Shown one piece after another: positions 41,357-51,035 of a stretch of DNA of 64,000 nt. Within the stretch, counting starts at the first letter, position 1, and every line of letters starts with the position of its first letter. Source of the DNA: an uncultured Gemmatimonadales bacterium. GTDB lineage: Bacteria > Gemmatimonadota > Gemmatimonadetes > Longimicrobiales > RSA9. Location: the NCBI GenBank assembly GCA_963798845.1, contig CAWCUS010000002.1, positions 704,001 through 768,000 on the forward strand. The letters run 5' to 3'. The position numbers and the translations under genes were made by a program. Under the pieces are notes generated by a model. It ran no database searches and was not told where the DNA came from. It saw nothing but the letters and a program-made list of their open reading frames with translations.

Positions 41357-41446
41357 GCGAATAGCCGTCGGCCGGTCGTCATCAGGCATTCCAGTTCCGC
41401 GTCTCTGGCCGCGAGATCGCGGCGCCGCCAGTGCCGCCGCAGGCCG

Positions 41447-41463
41447 GGCAACATCGGGGCCAG
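41447..41463 (-). promoter_or_regulatory. Candidate sigma54 promoter for the wzi2-RCC1 operon
   Basis: Minus strand reads CTGGCCCCGATGTTGCC, a close match to YTGGCAC-N5-TTGC with exact GG-N10-GC spacing. Confidence 0.55.
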
Positions 41464-41586
41464 CCAGCTCCTCTCCGGAGCGAGCCGCCGGTCGCGTGCC
41501 CGCCTGCCGTTCGTGCTCGCCGGCGGAGCGGCACGGCCCTCGCGTGGGACGCCCCGTGGAGGCGGAATCACATCTGCCTCAGCACG

Positions 41587-41626
41587 GGCCGGGTGGACCG
41601 GTCGTCGGCCGGGCGGACCGGTCATC
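41587..41626. repeat. 2 x 20-bp direct repeat, each containing the palindrome GACCGGTC
   Basis: GGCCGGGTGGACCGGTCGTC / GGCCGGGCGGACCGGTCATC (18/20 identical). Confidence 0.8.
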
Positions 41627-41652
41627 GCGCGCATCCCGGACGTCGCACGGGC

Positions 41653-43485
41653 ATGGAAGTCATCAAGAAGAGCTACGCGCTCCTCAGCCGGAGAAAGCGC
41701 CTGGAGCTCCTGGGCGTCTTCCTGAGCACCGTCCTCATGGGGCTGGTGTCGGTCGCGGGCGTCGCCTCGATCATGCCGTTCATGGCCGTGGTGGCGAATC
41801 CGGCGGTGGTGGAGACGAACCGCTGGCTCTCGTGGGGCTACACGACCTTCGGCTTCACCAGCCACAGGGCGTTCCTCTCCGCCCTCGGCGTGCTGACGCT
41901 CGCCGTGATCGCGGTCAGCAACGGGTTGAGCGCGTTCAACGCCTGGATGGTGGCGCGCTTCCAGTACGGCCTCAATCACGAGCTGTCCTGTGAGCTCCTG
42001 AAGACCTACCTCGACCAGTCCTACGCGTTCTACCTCGACCGCAACTCCTCGAAGCTGGCGAAGAACGTCCTTTCCGAGGTCTCCGCGGTGGTCAACGGGG
42101 TGGTGGCTCCGCTGGCGGACCTGTTCGCAAAGCTCCTGGTCACGCTCTTCCTGCTCGCCCTCCTGCTCTGGGTGGACGTCGCCCTCGCCCTGCTCGTCGC
42201 CGCCCTGACCGCCTCCCTGTACGGAGGCGTCTACATCGCGGTGCGCCGTCGGCAGACCGCCCTGGGACAGCAGCGCCTGAAGTCGAACACGGAGCGCTAC
42301 CGCGCCGCCAACGAGGCGTTCGGCGGCATCAAGGACGTCAAGGTGCTGGGGCGCGAGGCGACCTTCCTGCGGGAGTTCGAAGGGCCGTCGGACCGCTTCG
42401 CGCGCGCCAACGCGTCCAACACGGTGGTCAGTCAGATCCCGAAGTTCGCGCTCGAAACCGTGGCGTTCGGCGGCATCCTGGTGATCGTCCTGTATCTGCT
42501 CCGGTCCTACCAGGACCTGGGCCAGGTCCTGCCGGTGGTCACCCTGTACGCGTTCGCGGCGTACCGGCTGATGCCGGCCTTTCAGGTCATGTTCTCCTCG
42601 CTGACGAAGGCCCGCTTCAACACCGCGGCGCTCGACGACCTGTACGCCGACCTGGTGGGGGAGCGCCTCTCGGACGAACGGGAGGGGCTGCTGGAGGAAG
42701 GGGAAGACGCAGCGCGTGCGGTTTCGGGAGGCGTCCGATTCGAGCGGCACATAGAAGTCAGGGGGCTCACGTTCACATACCCCGGCGCGCCGGCCCCCGC
42801 GCTGAAGAGCATATCCATGTCGATCCCGCGCAACAGCACGGTCGGCCTGGTCGGACACACCGGCGCCGGGAAGACCACGCTGGCGGATCTCCTCCTGGGT
42901 CTCTACCAGCCGAGCGGAGGCGACATCCTGGTGGATGGGGTCCCCGTAACCGGCGACAGGCTCTTCTCCTGGCGTCGCCGGATCGGCTACGTGCCACAGC
43001 AGATCTTCCTCGCGGACAACACGATACGGCGCAACATCGCCTTCGGCATACCCGAGCGCGAGATCGACGATGCTAGAATGGTCCGCGCGGCCAGGATCGC
43101 GCACCTGGACGAGTTCGTGCAGACCCTGCCGGCCGCGTACGACACGGTCGTCGGAGACCGGGGCGTCCGGCTGTCGGGCGGGCAGCGCCAGCGGGTCGGC
43201 ATCGCTCGCGCCCTCTATGACGACCCGGACGTCCTCATCATGGATGAGGCGACCAGCGCGCTGGACAACGTGACCGAGAACGCGGTCATGGAGGCCATCC
43301 ACGAGCTCTCGGGGCGGAAGACCATGGTCCTGGTCGCCCACCGGCTGACCACCGTTCAGGATTGCGACCGGATCTTCCTCCTCCAGGACGGCCGGCTCGC
43401 CGCTGCCGGCACCTACGATGACCTCATGGGCGCGAGCGAGTCGTTCCGCGCCCTGGTCGGCGCCGGCGCTCGCACACGCCGATAG
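41653..43485 (+). CDS. ABC transporter permease/ATPase, PglK/HepA-like glycan flippase
   Basis: N-terminal TM domain; GHTGAGKTT, LSGGQRQRVGIARALY, DEATSALD; GIKDVK, YRLMP. Confidence 0.88.
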   Translation: MEVIKKSYALLSRRKRLELLGVFLSTVLMGLVSVAGVASIMPFMAVVANPAVVETNRWLSWGYTTFGFTSHRAFLSALGVLTLAVIAVSNGLSAFNAWMVARFQYGLNHELSCELLKTYLDQSYAFYLDRNSSKLAKNVLSEVSAVVNGVVAPLADLFAKLLVTLFLLALLLWVDVALALLVAALTASLYGGVYIAVRRRQTALGQQRLKSNTERYRAANEAFGGIKDVKVLGREATFLREFEGPSDRFARANASNTVVSQIPKFALETVAFGGILVIVLYLLRSYQDLGQVLPVVTLYAFAAYRLMPAFQVMFSSLTKARFNTAALDDLYADLVGERLSDEREGLLEEGEDAARAVSGGVRFERHIEVRGLTFTYPGAPAPALKSISMSIPRNSTVGLVGHTGAGKTTLADLLLGLYQPSGGDILVDGVPVTGDRLFSWRRRIGYVPQQIFLADNTIRRNIAFGIPEREIDDARMVRAARIAHLDEFVQTLPAAYDTVVGDRGVRLSGGQRQRVGIARALYDDPDVLIMDEATSALDNVTENAVMEAIHELSGRKTMVLVAHRLTTVQDCDRIFLLQDGRLAAAGTYDDLMGASESFRALVGAGARTRR

Positions 43486-43493
43486 GAGGGCTG

Positions 43494-44330
43494 ATGCGGC
43501 GCTTCTTCATCGTCGGGATTCCGCGCTCGGGAACGACACTGCTGCAGAGCATCCTGGCCGCTCATCCGCGGATCCAGTCGTTTCCCGAGTCCCATTTCTT
43601 CGTGGACCTGCGGCCCCACGGCATCCTCCGCCAAACCGGGCTCTCGTCCCGGGCTTCGGTCTCGAGACTCCGCGACTTCCTGCGCGACGCGGGCCGTCAG
43701 GACCTTGCCGACGGGCTCCCCCGCACCCTTCCGCTCGCCCGCTCGAGAGCGCGCCTGTTCGTCGCGCTGCTCGACCGCATGGCGGCGGAAGCGGGCGCTG
43801 CCGCGTGGGTCGAGAAGACCCCCCGCCATCTGCATTTCATTCCCACCATCGAGCGTTTCGTCCCGGATGCACGGTTCATCCACCTGCTGCGCCGCGGCGA
43901 GGACGTGGTGGCTTCGCTCTACGACGTCACGCGACGGTACCCGGATCAATGGGGCGGTCCCCGGCCTGTCGATGCATGTGTCCAGCGCTGGCTGGAAGGC
44001 GTACGGATCAGCTTCCGCCGGCGGACCGATCCGCGGCACCTGCTGCTCTCCTACGAGGTGCTGGCGACGGATCCCGATACCGCCCTTCGGGAGATGAGCC
44101 AGTTCATGGGCATCGAGCTCGCGGCCGACCTCGTGCACCGCCGCGCCGACTCGACGGCCGGCCTGGGGCTGGCCCGCGAGCCATGGAAGAGCGGGGTGAG
44201 CGGGCACCTCCGCAACGCGGATGGCTCCAGGTTCTCCACCCTCTTCGAGGCGGCCGAGCGGGCGCGCATCCGGGACGCACTCCGCGCCTCGGAGGAGCGC
44301 CTGCGCACCCACTTCGAGGTTGGGCGATGA
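43494..44330 (+). CDS. Sulfotransferase
   Basis: 5'-PSB loop GIPRSGTTLL, WVEKTP, HLLRRGEDVVASL. Confidence 0.88.
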   Translation: MRRFFIVGIPRSGTTLLQSILAAHPRIQSFPESHFFVDLRPHGILRQTGLSSRASVSRLRDFLRDAGRQDLADGLPRTLPLARSRARLFVALLDRMAAEAGAAAWVEKTPRHLHFIPTIERFVPDARFIHLLRRGEDVVASLYDVTRRYPDQWGGPRPVDACVQRWLEGVRISFRRRTDPRHLLLSYEVLATDPDTALREMSQFMGIELAADLVHRRADSTAGLGLAREPWKSGVSGHLRNADGSRFSTLFEAAERARIRDALRASEERLRTHFEVGR

Positions 44331-45406
44331 GGGTCCTCATCCCCTTCCACGCGCCCGACGCCGCCCTCATCCACGATCTGGCCGCGGCGTTGCGCTCCCG
44401 GCCCGACATCGACGCGGTCGACGTCTCGCTGGATCGATTCTGGGACGCCGACCTGGAACGCCCGACCTCCACGACGCCCGACGTGGTCGCGGTCCACTGG
44501 CCCGAAGCATTCTTCCGCTGGCAGGAGCCGGACGGCGACGCGGTGCGGCGGCTGTCGAGCCGGCTTCGAGCGTGGAAGAGGCACGCATGCCTGATCGCCA
44601 CGGCCCACAACTGGGGCGTCCACTACCGCGAGAGCGAGCAGTTCGACGCCCTGTTCCGCGCCGTTTACGACGAGATCGACGGGCTGATCCACTTCGGAGA
44701 GGCCTCGGTCGAGGCCTTCCAACACCGCTTCCCGGCGTTGCGTGACACGCCCGCGGCGGTCATTCCGCTCCCGGTGTACGGTCGCTCGTTCCGGAAACGA
44801 TGGGACCAGGAAGAGGCGCGCGCGGTGCTGGGCGTGCGCCAGGACGCTTTCGTCTGCCTGTCGCTCGGGAAGCTCCGCCACGACCGGGAGCTGGTGCTGC
44901 TGCTCGACGGGTTCCGCGGGTTGAAGCACCCGCGCAAGCAGCTGATCATCGCCGGGCGCGCGCGGCCGCCGCGCGGAATCCTGCGGCGGTGGTGGCGCCT
45001 CGCCGTCCTCAAGTGGCATCCGCGCGTGCGCACCCGGCTCGGCTCGCACATCCCCAACGACGAGGTATGCCAGTGGGTGAGCGCGGCGGACGTCGTCGTG
45101 ATTCCGCGCTACGCAGTGCTCAACTCCGGCAGCGTGCCCCTGGGCTTCATGTTCGGGAAGGTCGTGGTCGGTCCCGATTCGGGAGTGGTGGGGGAAGTGC
45201 TCGCGGAGACGGGGAACCCTCGCTTCGTGCCCGGCGACCCGGAGGCGCTCGCACGGGCCCTGCAGCATGCCGTTGACCTCGTGGCGGAGGGACAGGGGGA
45301 GGCGAATCGTCGCCATTCGTCCGAGCACTGGAGCCTCCCGCGGGTGGCCGAACAGACAGCCGGGTTCTACGAGCGGGTGCTGAGCCGGAGGAGGCTCCCG
45401 TCGTGA
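44327..45406 (+). CDS. Glycosyltransferase, GT-B fold (GT4-like)
   Basis: VHWPE, TAHN, ADVVVIPR..LNSG. Confidence 0.78.
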   Translation: MRVLIPFHAPDAALIHDLAAALRSRPDIDAVDVSLDRFWDADLERPTSTTPDVVAVHWPEAFFRWQEPDGDAVRRLSSRLRAWKRHACLIATAHNWGVHYRESEQFDALFRAVYDEIDGLIHFGEASVEAFQHRFPALRDTPAAVIPLPVYGRSFRKRWDQEEARAVLGVRQDAFVCLSLGKLRHDRELVLLLDGFRGLKHPRKQLIIAGRARPPRGILRRWWRLAVLKWHPRVRTRLGSHIPNDEVCQWVSAADVVVIPRYAVLNSGSVPLGFMFGKVVVGPDSGVVGEVLAETGNPRFVPGDPEALARALQHAVDLVAEGQGEANRRHSSEHWSLPRVAEQTAGFYERVLSRRRLPS

Positions 45407-46179
45407 CGATCGTGCACTGCTCCTATCACAAGTGCCTCACCGTCTACTACCAGCGGGTGATGGGGGCGATCTGCAACTCCCGGTTCCGCAGGCCGCTGGA
45501 CCGGCACGTCCTGCGGCGCCCCGCAGGATACCGTCACTTCCACAGCCGCCTGGACCATTTCTACGAGAATCTCGGACGCTACCGAGCGCTCTCCGTGAAC
45601 AACCATGCTCTCGACCTGGAGCGCCTCGGCGACGACGTCCGGATCAGCCGCTTCATCCGCGATCCGCGAGACCTGGTCGTCTCCGGCTACTTCTATCACC
45701 GCAACGGAACCGAAGCGTGGAGCACCGTGGTCGATCCCTCCCCCGAGGACTGGCGGATCGTGAATGGCACGATTCCGTCGGGCATGCGGCCGGGGGAGTC
45801 GTATTCGGGCTATCTCCAGCGCCTCCCCAGGGAGAAGGGGCTCATGGCCGAGGTGGAGTTCCGCGGCGGCCATTTCCGCTCGATGCGGGAGTGGCCCGCG
45901 TCGCATCCCCGCGTCCGGACGTTCCACTACGAGGACGTGCTCGGCAACGAGCGCGCGGTGTTCCGTCGGATGTTCTCGTTCTATGGCGTGTCGTACCCCG
46001 AGCGCGAGGCGGCCGGTTTCCTGGCCTGGCGCAACTCGGCTCGTCGGCAGGCCCGGCGAACCGCGCACATCCGCAACCCGAAAGCGGGGCAGTGGCGGAA
46101 GCATTTCACGCCCGCCGTGAGCGCCTGTCTCGACGAACGCCACCCCGGGCTCCTCGATCACGTGGAGCGTTCCCGATGA
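45403..46179 (+). CDS. Sulfotransferase-domain protein
   Basis: CSYHKCLT loop, RDPRDLVVSGYFYH, FHYED, HIRNPKAGQWRKHF. Confidence 0.78.
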   Translation: MTIVHCSYHKCLTVYYQRVMGAICNSRFRRPLDRHVLRRPAGYRHFHSRLDHFYENLGRYRALSVNNHALDLERLGDDVRISRFIRDPRDLVVSGYFYHRNGTEAWSTVVDPSPEDWRIVNGTIPSGMRPGESYSGYLQRLPREKGLMAEVEFRGGHFRSMREWPASHPRVRTFHYEDVLGNERAVFRRMFSFYGVSYPEREAAGFLAWRNSARRQARRTAHIRNPKAGQWRKHFTPAVSACLDERHPGLLDHVERSR

Positions 46180-47033
46180 GCGCGGTCGGCACGGGGTGGA
46201 TCCGGGCGGGGGCGACACGCTTCAAGCGCGCGCTCCCGATCCCGCTCAAGCGGGCGGGGCTCCGGGCCGCGCACCCCGCCGTCATCGCGGCGCAGTGGAC
46301 GCACTACCGGCGCCGCTTGAGGCGCGCGACACCCGTGCTCGTCCACCACATGGGGAAAGTGGGATCCACGTCGACCCACAGGACCGTGGCCGCGGCATGG
46401 CCAGGCGTCGTGCTCAAGGCGCACAGGTTCCCGGACCACGAGGACTGGCGCGTCCGCGACCTGTACCGGCGGACCGTGGAGCGAGGGCTCCCGTTGAAGG
46501 TGATCTCGCTCGCGCGCGAGCCGATCGCGCGGAACGTGTCCACGTTCTTCCAGGTCTTCGATCGCGTCACAGGCGTTCGCTTCGCGGACTCCGACTTCTC
46601 CGTGGCGGAGCTCCGGCGGATGTTCCTGTCCAACCTCGACCACTCCGTCCCGCTCGAGTGGTTCGATCGCAACACGAACCGCTTCTTCGGCATCGACGTG
46701 TATTCGGCGCCCTTCCCGGCTGCGGGCCACCTGAGGCTGTCGAAGGGCAACGTGGACCTCCTCCTCCTGAGACTCGAGTGCCCCGACGACGTGAAGCTCC
46801 AGGCGATTCGCGAGTTCCTCGACCTGCCGGAGCTGCACATGCTTCGAGACAACGTCGGTGAGCGGAAGGTCTATCGTGACACCTACGACCGATTCAAGGC
46901 CGAAGTCACGCTCCCCGCCGAGTACGTGGACGCCATGTGCGGCTCGCGCTACTCCCGGCACTTCTATTCCCCACTGGAGATCCAGGCGGTGCGCGAGAGC
47001 TGGCTGGAACCGCAGCGAGCGGAGGGATCGTGA
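46176..47033 (+). CDS. Putative capsular polysaccharide synthesis protein, sulfotransferase-like fold
   Basis: HHMGKVGSTS, SLAREPIARNVSTFFQ, WFD...FGIDVY..PF, SRYSRHFY. Confidence 0.72.
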   Translation: MSAVGTGWIRAGATRFKRALPIPLKRAGLRAAHPAVIAAQWTHYRRRLRRATPVLVHHMGKVGSTSTHRTVAAAWPGVVLKAHRFPDHEDWRVRDLYRRTVERGLPLKVISLAREPIARNVSTFFQVFDRVTGVRFADSDFSVAELRRMFLSNLDHSVPLEWFDRNTNRFFGIDVYSAPFPAAGHLRLSKGNVDLLLLRLECPDDVKLQAIREFLDLPELHMLRDNVGERKVYRDTYDRFKAEVTLPAEYVDAMCGSRYSRHFYSPLEIQAVRESWLEPQRAEGS

Positions 47034-47851
47034 GGCGCCGGCGAGGGGTGCGGTGGTCGCTTCTCCGCTCGGCCAGGAAGAGAGTGGAAGGGTCGCTCGG
47101 CGTGCGCGTCACCCGGGCGGTGAGCGGCAGCGTGGAGGCGCTGGCGGCGCTGCGCAGTCTCGGAGCGGGCGCGACGGTGATCGTCGATGCGGGTGCGAAC
47201 GACGGCCGGAGCGCAGTTCGCCTTGCGGCTGCGTATCCGGACGCGAGCATCTACTCCCTCGAGCCGGTGGAGTCGACCTACCGTGAGCTCGTCCGCAACA
47301 CGCGCCACCTCGCCTCCGTTCGCTGTTACCCCCTGGGTCTCGGCTCCGCACCGGGGACCGCGGAGATCTTCATCAACGAGCAGGCGACGCGGAACTCGCT
47401 GCACCCCGGCTTCGGCTCGGCTACGCGCTCGGAGGAGATCGAGCTGGTCACGCTGGACGGGTTCCTGGAGGCCGAAGGCATTTCCACGGTGGACCTGCTG
47501 AAGGTGGACACCGAAGGCCACGATCTCGAAGTGCTGAAGGGGGCGACCCGCGCGCTTTCGGAGGGGCGAATCCGCGCGATCCAGGTGGAGGTCGGGTTCG
47601 GCCAGGGCGCGGCCGAGCTTCCCCGTCTCGGCGACTTCGTTCGCTTCCTCAACCGCTTCGACTGCTATCTCCTGGGCGTCTACAACCAGTGTCGTTCCCC
47701 CCGCCGTCCACGGGAGGGCGACGGTACACCGGCCACGCCGCCGGGCGTGCTCATCTACGGCGACGCCCTCTTCGCTTGCCGGTCGCTCCTGGAAGCGTGG
47801 TCGGCGGAGCAGATCCCCGCCAGACGGAGGTCATGGTGGCGGACGCGCTGA
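47030..47851 (+). CDS. FkbM-family methyltransferase
   Basis: VDAGANDG, SLEP, TLDGF, DLLKVDTEGHDLEVLKGA. Confidence 0.9.
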   Translation: MRRRRGVRWSLLRSARKRVEGSLGVRVTRAVSGSVEALAALRSLGAGATVIVDAGANDGRSAVRLAAAYPDASIYSLEPVESTYRELVRNTRHLASVRCYPLGLGSAPGTAEIFINEQATRNSLHPGFGSATRSEEIELVTLDGFLEAEGISTVDLLKVDTEGHDLEVLKGATRALSEGRIRAIQVEVGFGQGAAELPRLGDFVRFLNRFDCYLLGVYNQCRSPRRPREGDGTPATPPGVLIYGDALFACRSLLEAWSAEQIPARRRSWWRTR

Positions 47852-49101
47852 GCTCCCGGCCTTCGTGGCGGCGTCTGCTGAATGCCGGCATGAATCGGCT
47901 CGTCCGACATTCCGGCATCCACCCGGAGCGCTTCGGGTATCGCTGGGTCCCTCGCGAGACGCCCGGCCGGCACGTGTCGCGCACGGGCCGTGGCTCGTAC
48001 ACGGTCGTGGAGCCGGCCGGGCGCCGCCCGGCGGCCCTTCCGAGGAACATCGCGGAGAGGGAGGCGCTGCCGCGGGAGAGAAGGGCCTGGGGACTGTCGC
48101 TCCACGACGTCCCCGACCGGGCCGTGCCGCCCACGTACATCGCCACGGTGCCGGGCGCCCGGATCGCGACCTGGACGGCCCGGGGTCGGAACAACCGATA
48201 CTTCGCCGTCCTCACCTCCGACGGTCGGCGCCTGTCGTTTCCCGGCGAGACGTTCCGGCCGGCGCACGCCGGCATCTTCACGTCCGACCGGCCGATCCGG
48301 CGAATCCGGCGGGCGTCATGGGTGCTCCAGCCGTCGTACATGAACTTTTCGATCTGGCTCCGGGCGCACCTGCCGAAGGTCCTCCTGCTGCAGGAGCACG
48401 GACTTGCAGACGACATCCTGCTCCCACCCGACGACGGCATGTTCCCCGGTCGCAGCAGCCACGTCCAGGGGCATCACCCGTATCGGGACATGATCGTGCC
48501 CACGCTGCGCCGCCTGGGGCTCGAGCCCGAGCGGATGCAGCACCACGACGCTGGCGCGATCCTGGAGGTCGACGAGCTCACGGTGGTCGGAATGGACGTC
48601 TTCCCGGTCCGCTGGCTCGCGCGCCAGCGGGAGGCCTTCCGTCCGTCGGATGCCGTGAACCCGGAGCGCCGGATCTACATCAGCCGCGCGCGTTCCCGCG
48701 GCCGGCGGCTGCACGACGAGGACGCGGTGTGGCCGGTGCTCAGGGACCGTGGCTTCGAGTACGTCCTCATGGAAGAGCTGACGCTCGATGCCCAGGTACG
48801 GCTGATGGCGGAGGCGCGGGTCGTGTTCGGGACCCACGGGGCCGGACTGACGAACACGCTCTTCTGCCCTGCCGGTGCCCACGTGATCGAGGTGCTCGAT
48901 CCGGAGTTCCCATGCCCGAACTTCTACGGGCTGAGCGCGGCCACGAGCCACCCCTACTGGCTGCTGTGGGGCGAGCCCGTGGGAGCGGCCCCGGCGCCCT
49001 GGCGGCCGCTCGCGCTCGATCCCGGTCGACTGTCCCGGCTCCTGGACCGGCTCGAGCGGGAGGATGACGCGGCTTCACCGGCCCGGCCCCTCGCGCCATG
49101 A
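47833..49101 (+). CDS. Glycosyltransferase family 61 (DUF563)
   Basis: RRIYISR, QVRLMAEA, GTHGAGLTNTLFC, VIEV. Confidence 0.85.
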   Translation: MVADALSSRPSWRRLLNAGMNRLVRHSGIHPERFGYRWVPRETPGRHVSRTGRGSYTVVEPAGRRPAALPRNIAEREALPRERRAWGLSLHDVPDRAVPPTYIATVPGARIATWTARGRNNRYFAVLTSDGRRLSFPGETFRPAHAGIFTSDRPIRRIRRASWVLQPSYMNFSIWLRAHLPKVLLLQEHGLADDILLPPDDGMFPGRSSHVQGHHPYRDMIVPTLRRLGLEPERMQHHDAGAILEVDELTVVGMDVFPVRWLARQREAFRPSDAVNPERRIYISRARSRGRRLHDEDAVWPVLRDRGFEYVLMEELTLDAQVRLMAEARVVFGTHGAGLTNTLFCPAGAHVIEVLDPEFPCPNFYGLSAATSHPYWLLWGEPVGAAPAPWRPLALDPGRLSRLLDRLEREDDAASPARPLAP

Positions 49102-50072
49102 ACGACCCCAGGGTTTCCGTGGTGATCCCGTGCCACGACGGCGAGGAGCACCTGGGCGACACCATCGTGTCCGTGCTGCGTCAGGGGCACGCCGCCCACG
49201 AGATCATCGTCGCCGACGATGCTTCCACCGATGGCAGCGCTGCCATCGCGAGGGCCTTCGGCCAGCCCGTGCGCGTCCTCGAGCTGGCGCGGGGCGGCGC
49301 TCCGAAGGCGCGAAACCGCGGCGCCGCGGCGGCCACGGGAGAAGCGTTGATCTTCCTGGACGCCGATGACGTGCTCGGCCCGGGGACGCTGCGCGCGCTG
49401 GTGGACGCCCTGGCGGAGGCCCCCGCGGGCCTCGCCGCGTGCCGCTGGCTCCGCCTGGAGCCGGATCCGGCCGGCGGCTGGACTCCGGCTCCCGCTTCCG
49501 TGCGCTCGCTCCGGCACGGCGAGGACCTGCTGCGGGCGTGGCTGTCCGGCTGGTACTGCCCGCCGTGCGCGGTGCTGTGGTCGCGCGACGCGTTCGAGCG
49601 GATCGGCCCGTGGGACGAGGCGCTGGTCGCGAACCAGGACGGCGACATGATGATGCGCGCTCTCGCGAGCGGAGTCCCGCTCGTTCGAACGGAAGCCGGC
49701 GCCGCTTTCTACCGGCGCGCCCGCGCCGGCGGGGCCTCGGTCAGCGCCCGCCGGAACAGCCAGGAAGGCCTCCGCTCCCGCATGCGCGTGCTCGACCGTG
49801 TCGCCCGCATCCTCGCCCGCGACGGTACGCTCGACGCGTACCGCCAGGCCCTGGGCATGGCGTACGACGACCTCCGCCGGCTCGTCCCCCCTGGAGACGA
49901 TGAGCTCGCCCGCGCGCTCGAGGGGCGGGCCCGGATCCATGCGGGGCCCCGCCCGCTGCGCGTCGGGCTCCGACTCGTGGATGGCGCCCTCGCCACCGCA
50001 CGACGCGTCCCCCGTCTCCTGCGAGACCCGATCGCGGTCGCGAGCCGGCGCCTGCACCGGGAGCGGCGATGA
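49098..50072 (+). CDS. Glycosyltransferase family 2
   Basis: VSVVIPCH, ADDASTDGS, ARNRG, FLDADD, NQDGD. Confidence 0.9.
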   Translation: MNDPRVSVVIPCHDGEEHLGDTIVSVLRQGHAAHEIIVADDASTDGSAAIARAFGQPVRVLELARGGAPKARNRGAAAATGEALIFLDADDVLGPGTLRALVDALAEAPAGLAACRWLRLEPDPAGGWTPAPASVRSLRHGEDLLRAWLSGWYCPPCAVLWSRDAFERIGPWDEALVANQDGDMMMRALASGVPLVRTEAGAAFYRRARAGGASVSARRNSQEGLRSRMRVLDRVARILARDGTLDAYRQALGMAYDDLRRLVPPGDDELARALEGRARIHAGPRPLRVGLRLVDGALATARRVPRLLRDPIAVASRRLHRERR

Positions 50073-51035
50073 GCGATGTGAACACGGGCGTCGACGAAGC
50101 GGGCGGCCCGCCCGTCGTCACGGTCATCATCCCGACCCACGAGCGCGCCGAGCTCCTGGTCAGGGCCGTGGACAGCGTGCTCGCCCAGAGCTTCGGGGAT
50201 TTCGAGCTGGTGGTGGTGGACGACGCGTCCACGGATGACACGGCCGCGCGTCTGGCCACGCGCCGGGATCCGAGGATCCGGTACGTGCGGCTCGATCGCA
50301 ACGGGGGAGCCGGCGCCGCCCGCAACGAAGGCATGCGTCTCGCCCGCGGCAGATTCTTCGCCTTCCTCGACTCCGACGACGAGTGGCTCGCCGGCAAGCT
50401 GGAGGCCCAGCTCGACCGCTTCCGGAACGCCGGACCGGGTACGGGGCTGGTGTATACCGGGATCGAGCGGGTAACCGAGACCGATGGGAGGGAGGAGATC
50501 CGGCCCGCCCACAGGGGCATGGTCATGACGGCGCTGCTCCTCGAGAACGTCCTCCTCGGCGGAGGCTCATCCGTCATGATCCGGAGACGGGTTTGGGACG
50601 AGGTGGGCGGATTCGACCCGACACTCCCGGCCATGGAGGACCTGGACTACTGGGTTCGGATCGCGCGTCGCTTCCCGGTGGAGTTCGTGGCCGAGCCGCT
50701 CGTTCGCTGGCACGACCATTCTCCGCTGCGATCGGCGGTCCCGGGACCTGGCCGAGAACCTGCGTGCCAGGGATCTCTTCTTCCACCGGTACCGGCGGGA
50801 GATGGAAGAGGTAGGCGTGGCGCACCGGTACCTGTACTACAGCATCCGCCGCCATCTGACGAGCAGGCACTGGGACGCGGAAGGGGCGAGGCGGCTGGGA
50901 TGGGTGGCCGCGCGGATCTCGCCGCTGAGCCTCCCGTCGTACGGCTACCTGCTGATGTCGCTCGTGCCGGGGCGGCTCTATCGCGCGGCGGCGGGGGTGA
51001 AGCGGAGGCTTCAGGAGCGGCTCGCCCATGGGTGA
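50069..51035 (+). CDS. Glycosyltransferase family 2 (frameshift at about 50715-50730)
   Basis: VIIPTHER, DDASTD, FLDSDDEW, GGFD, EDLDYW; shifted frame DRRSRDLAENLRAR... ends at 51035, overlapping the next start. Confidence 0.85.
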
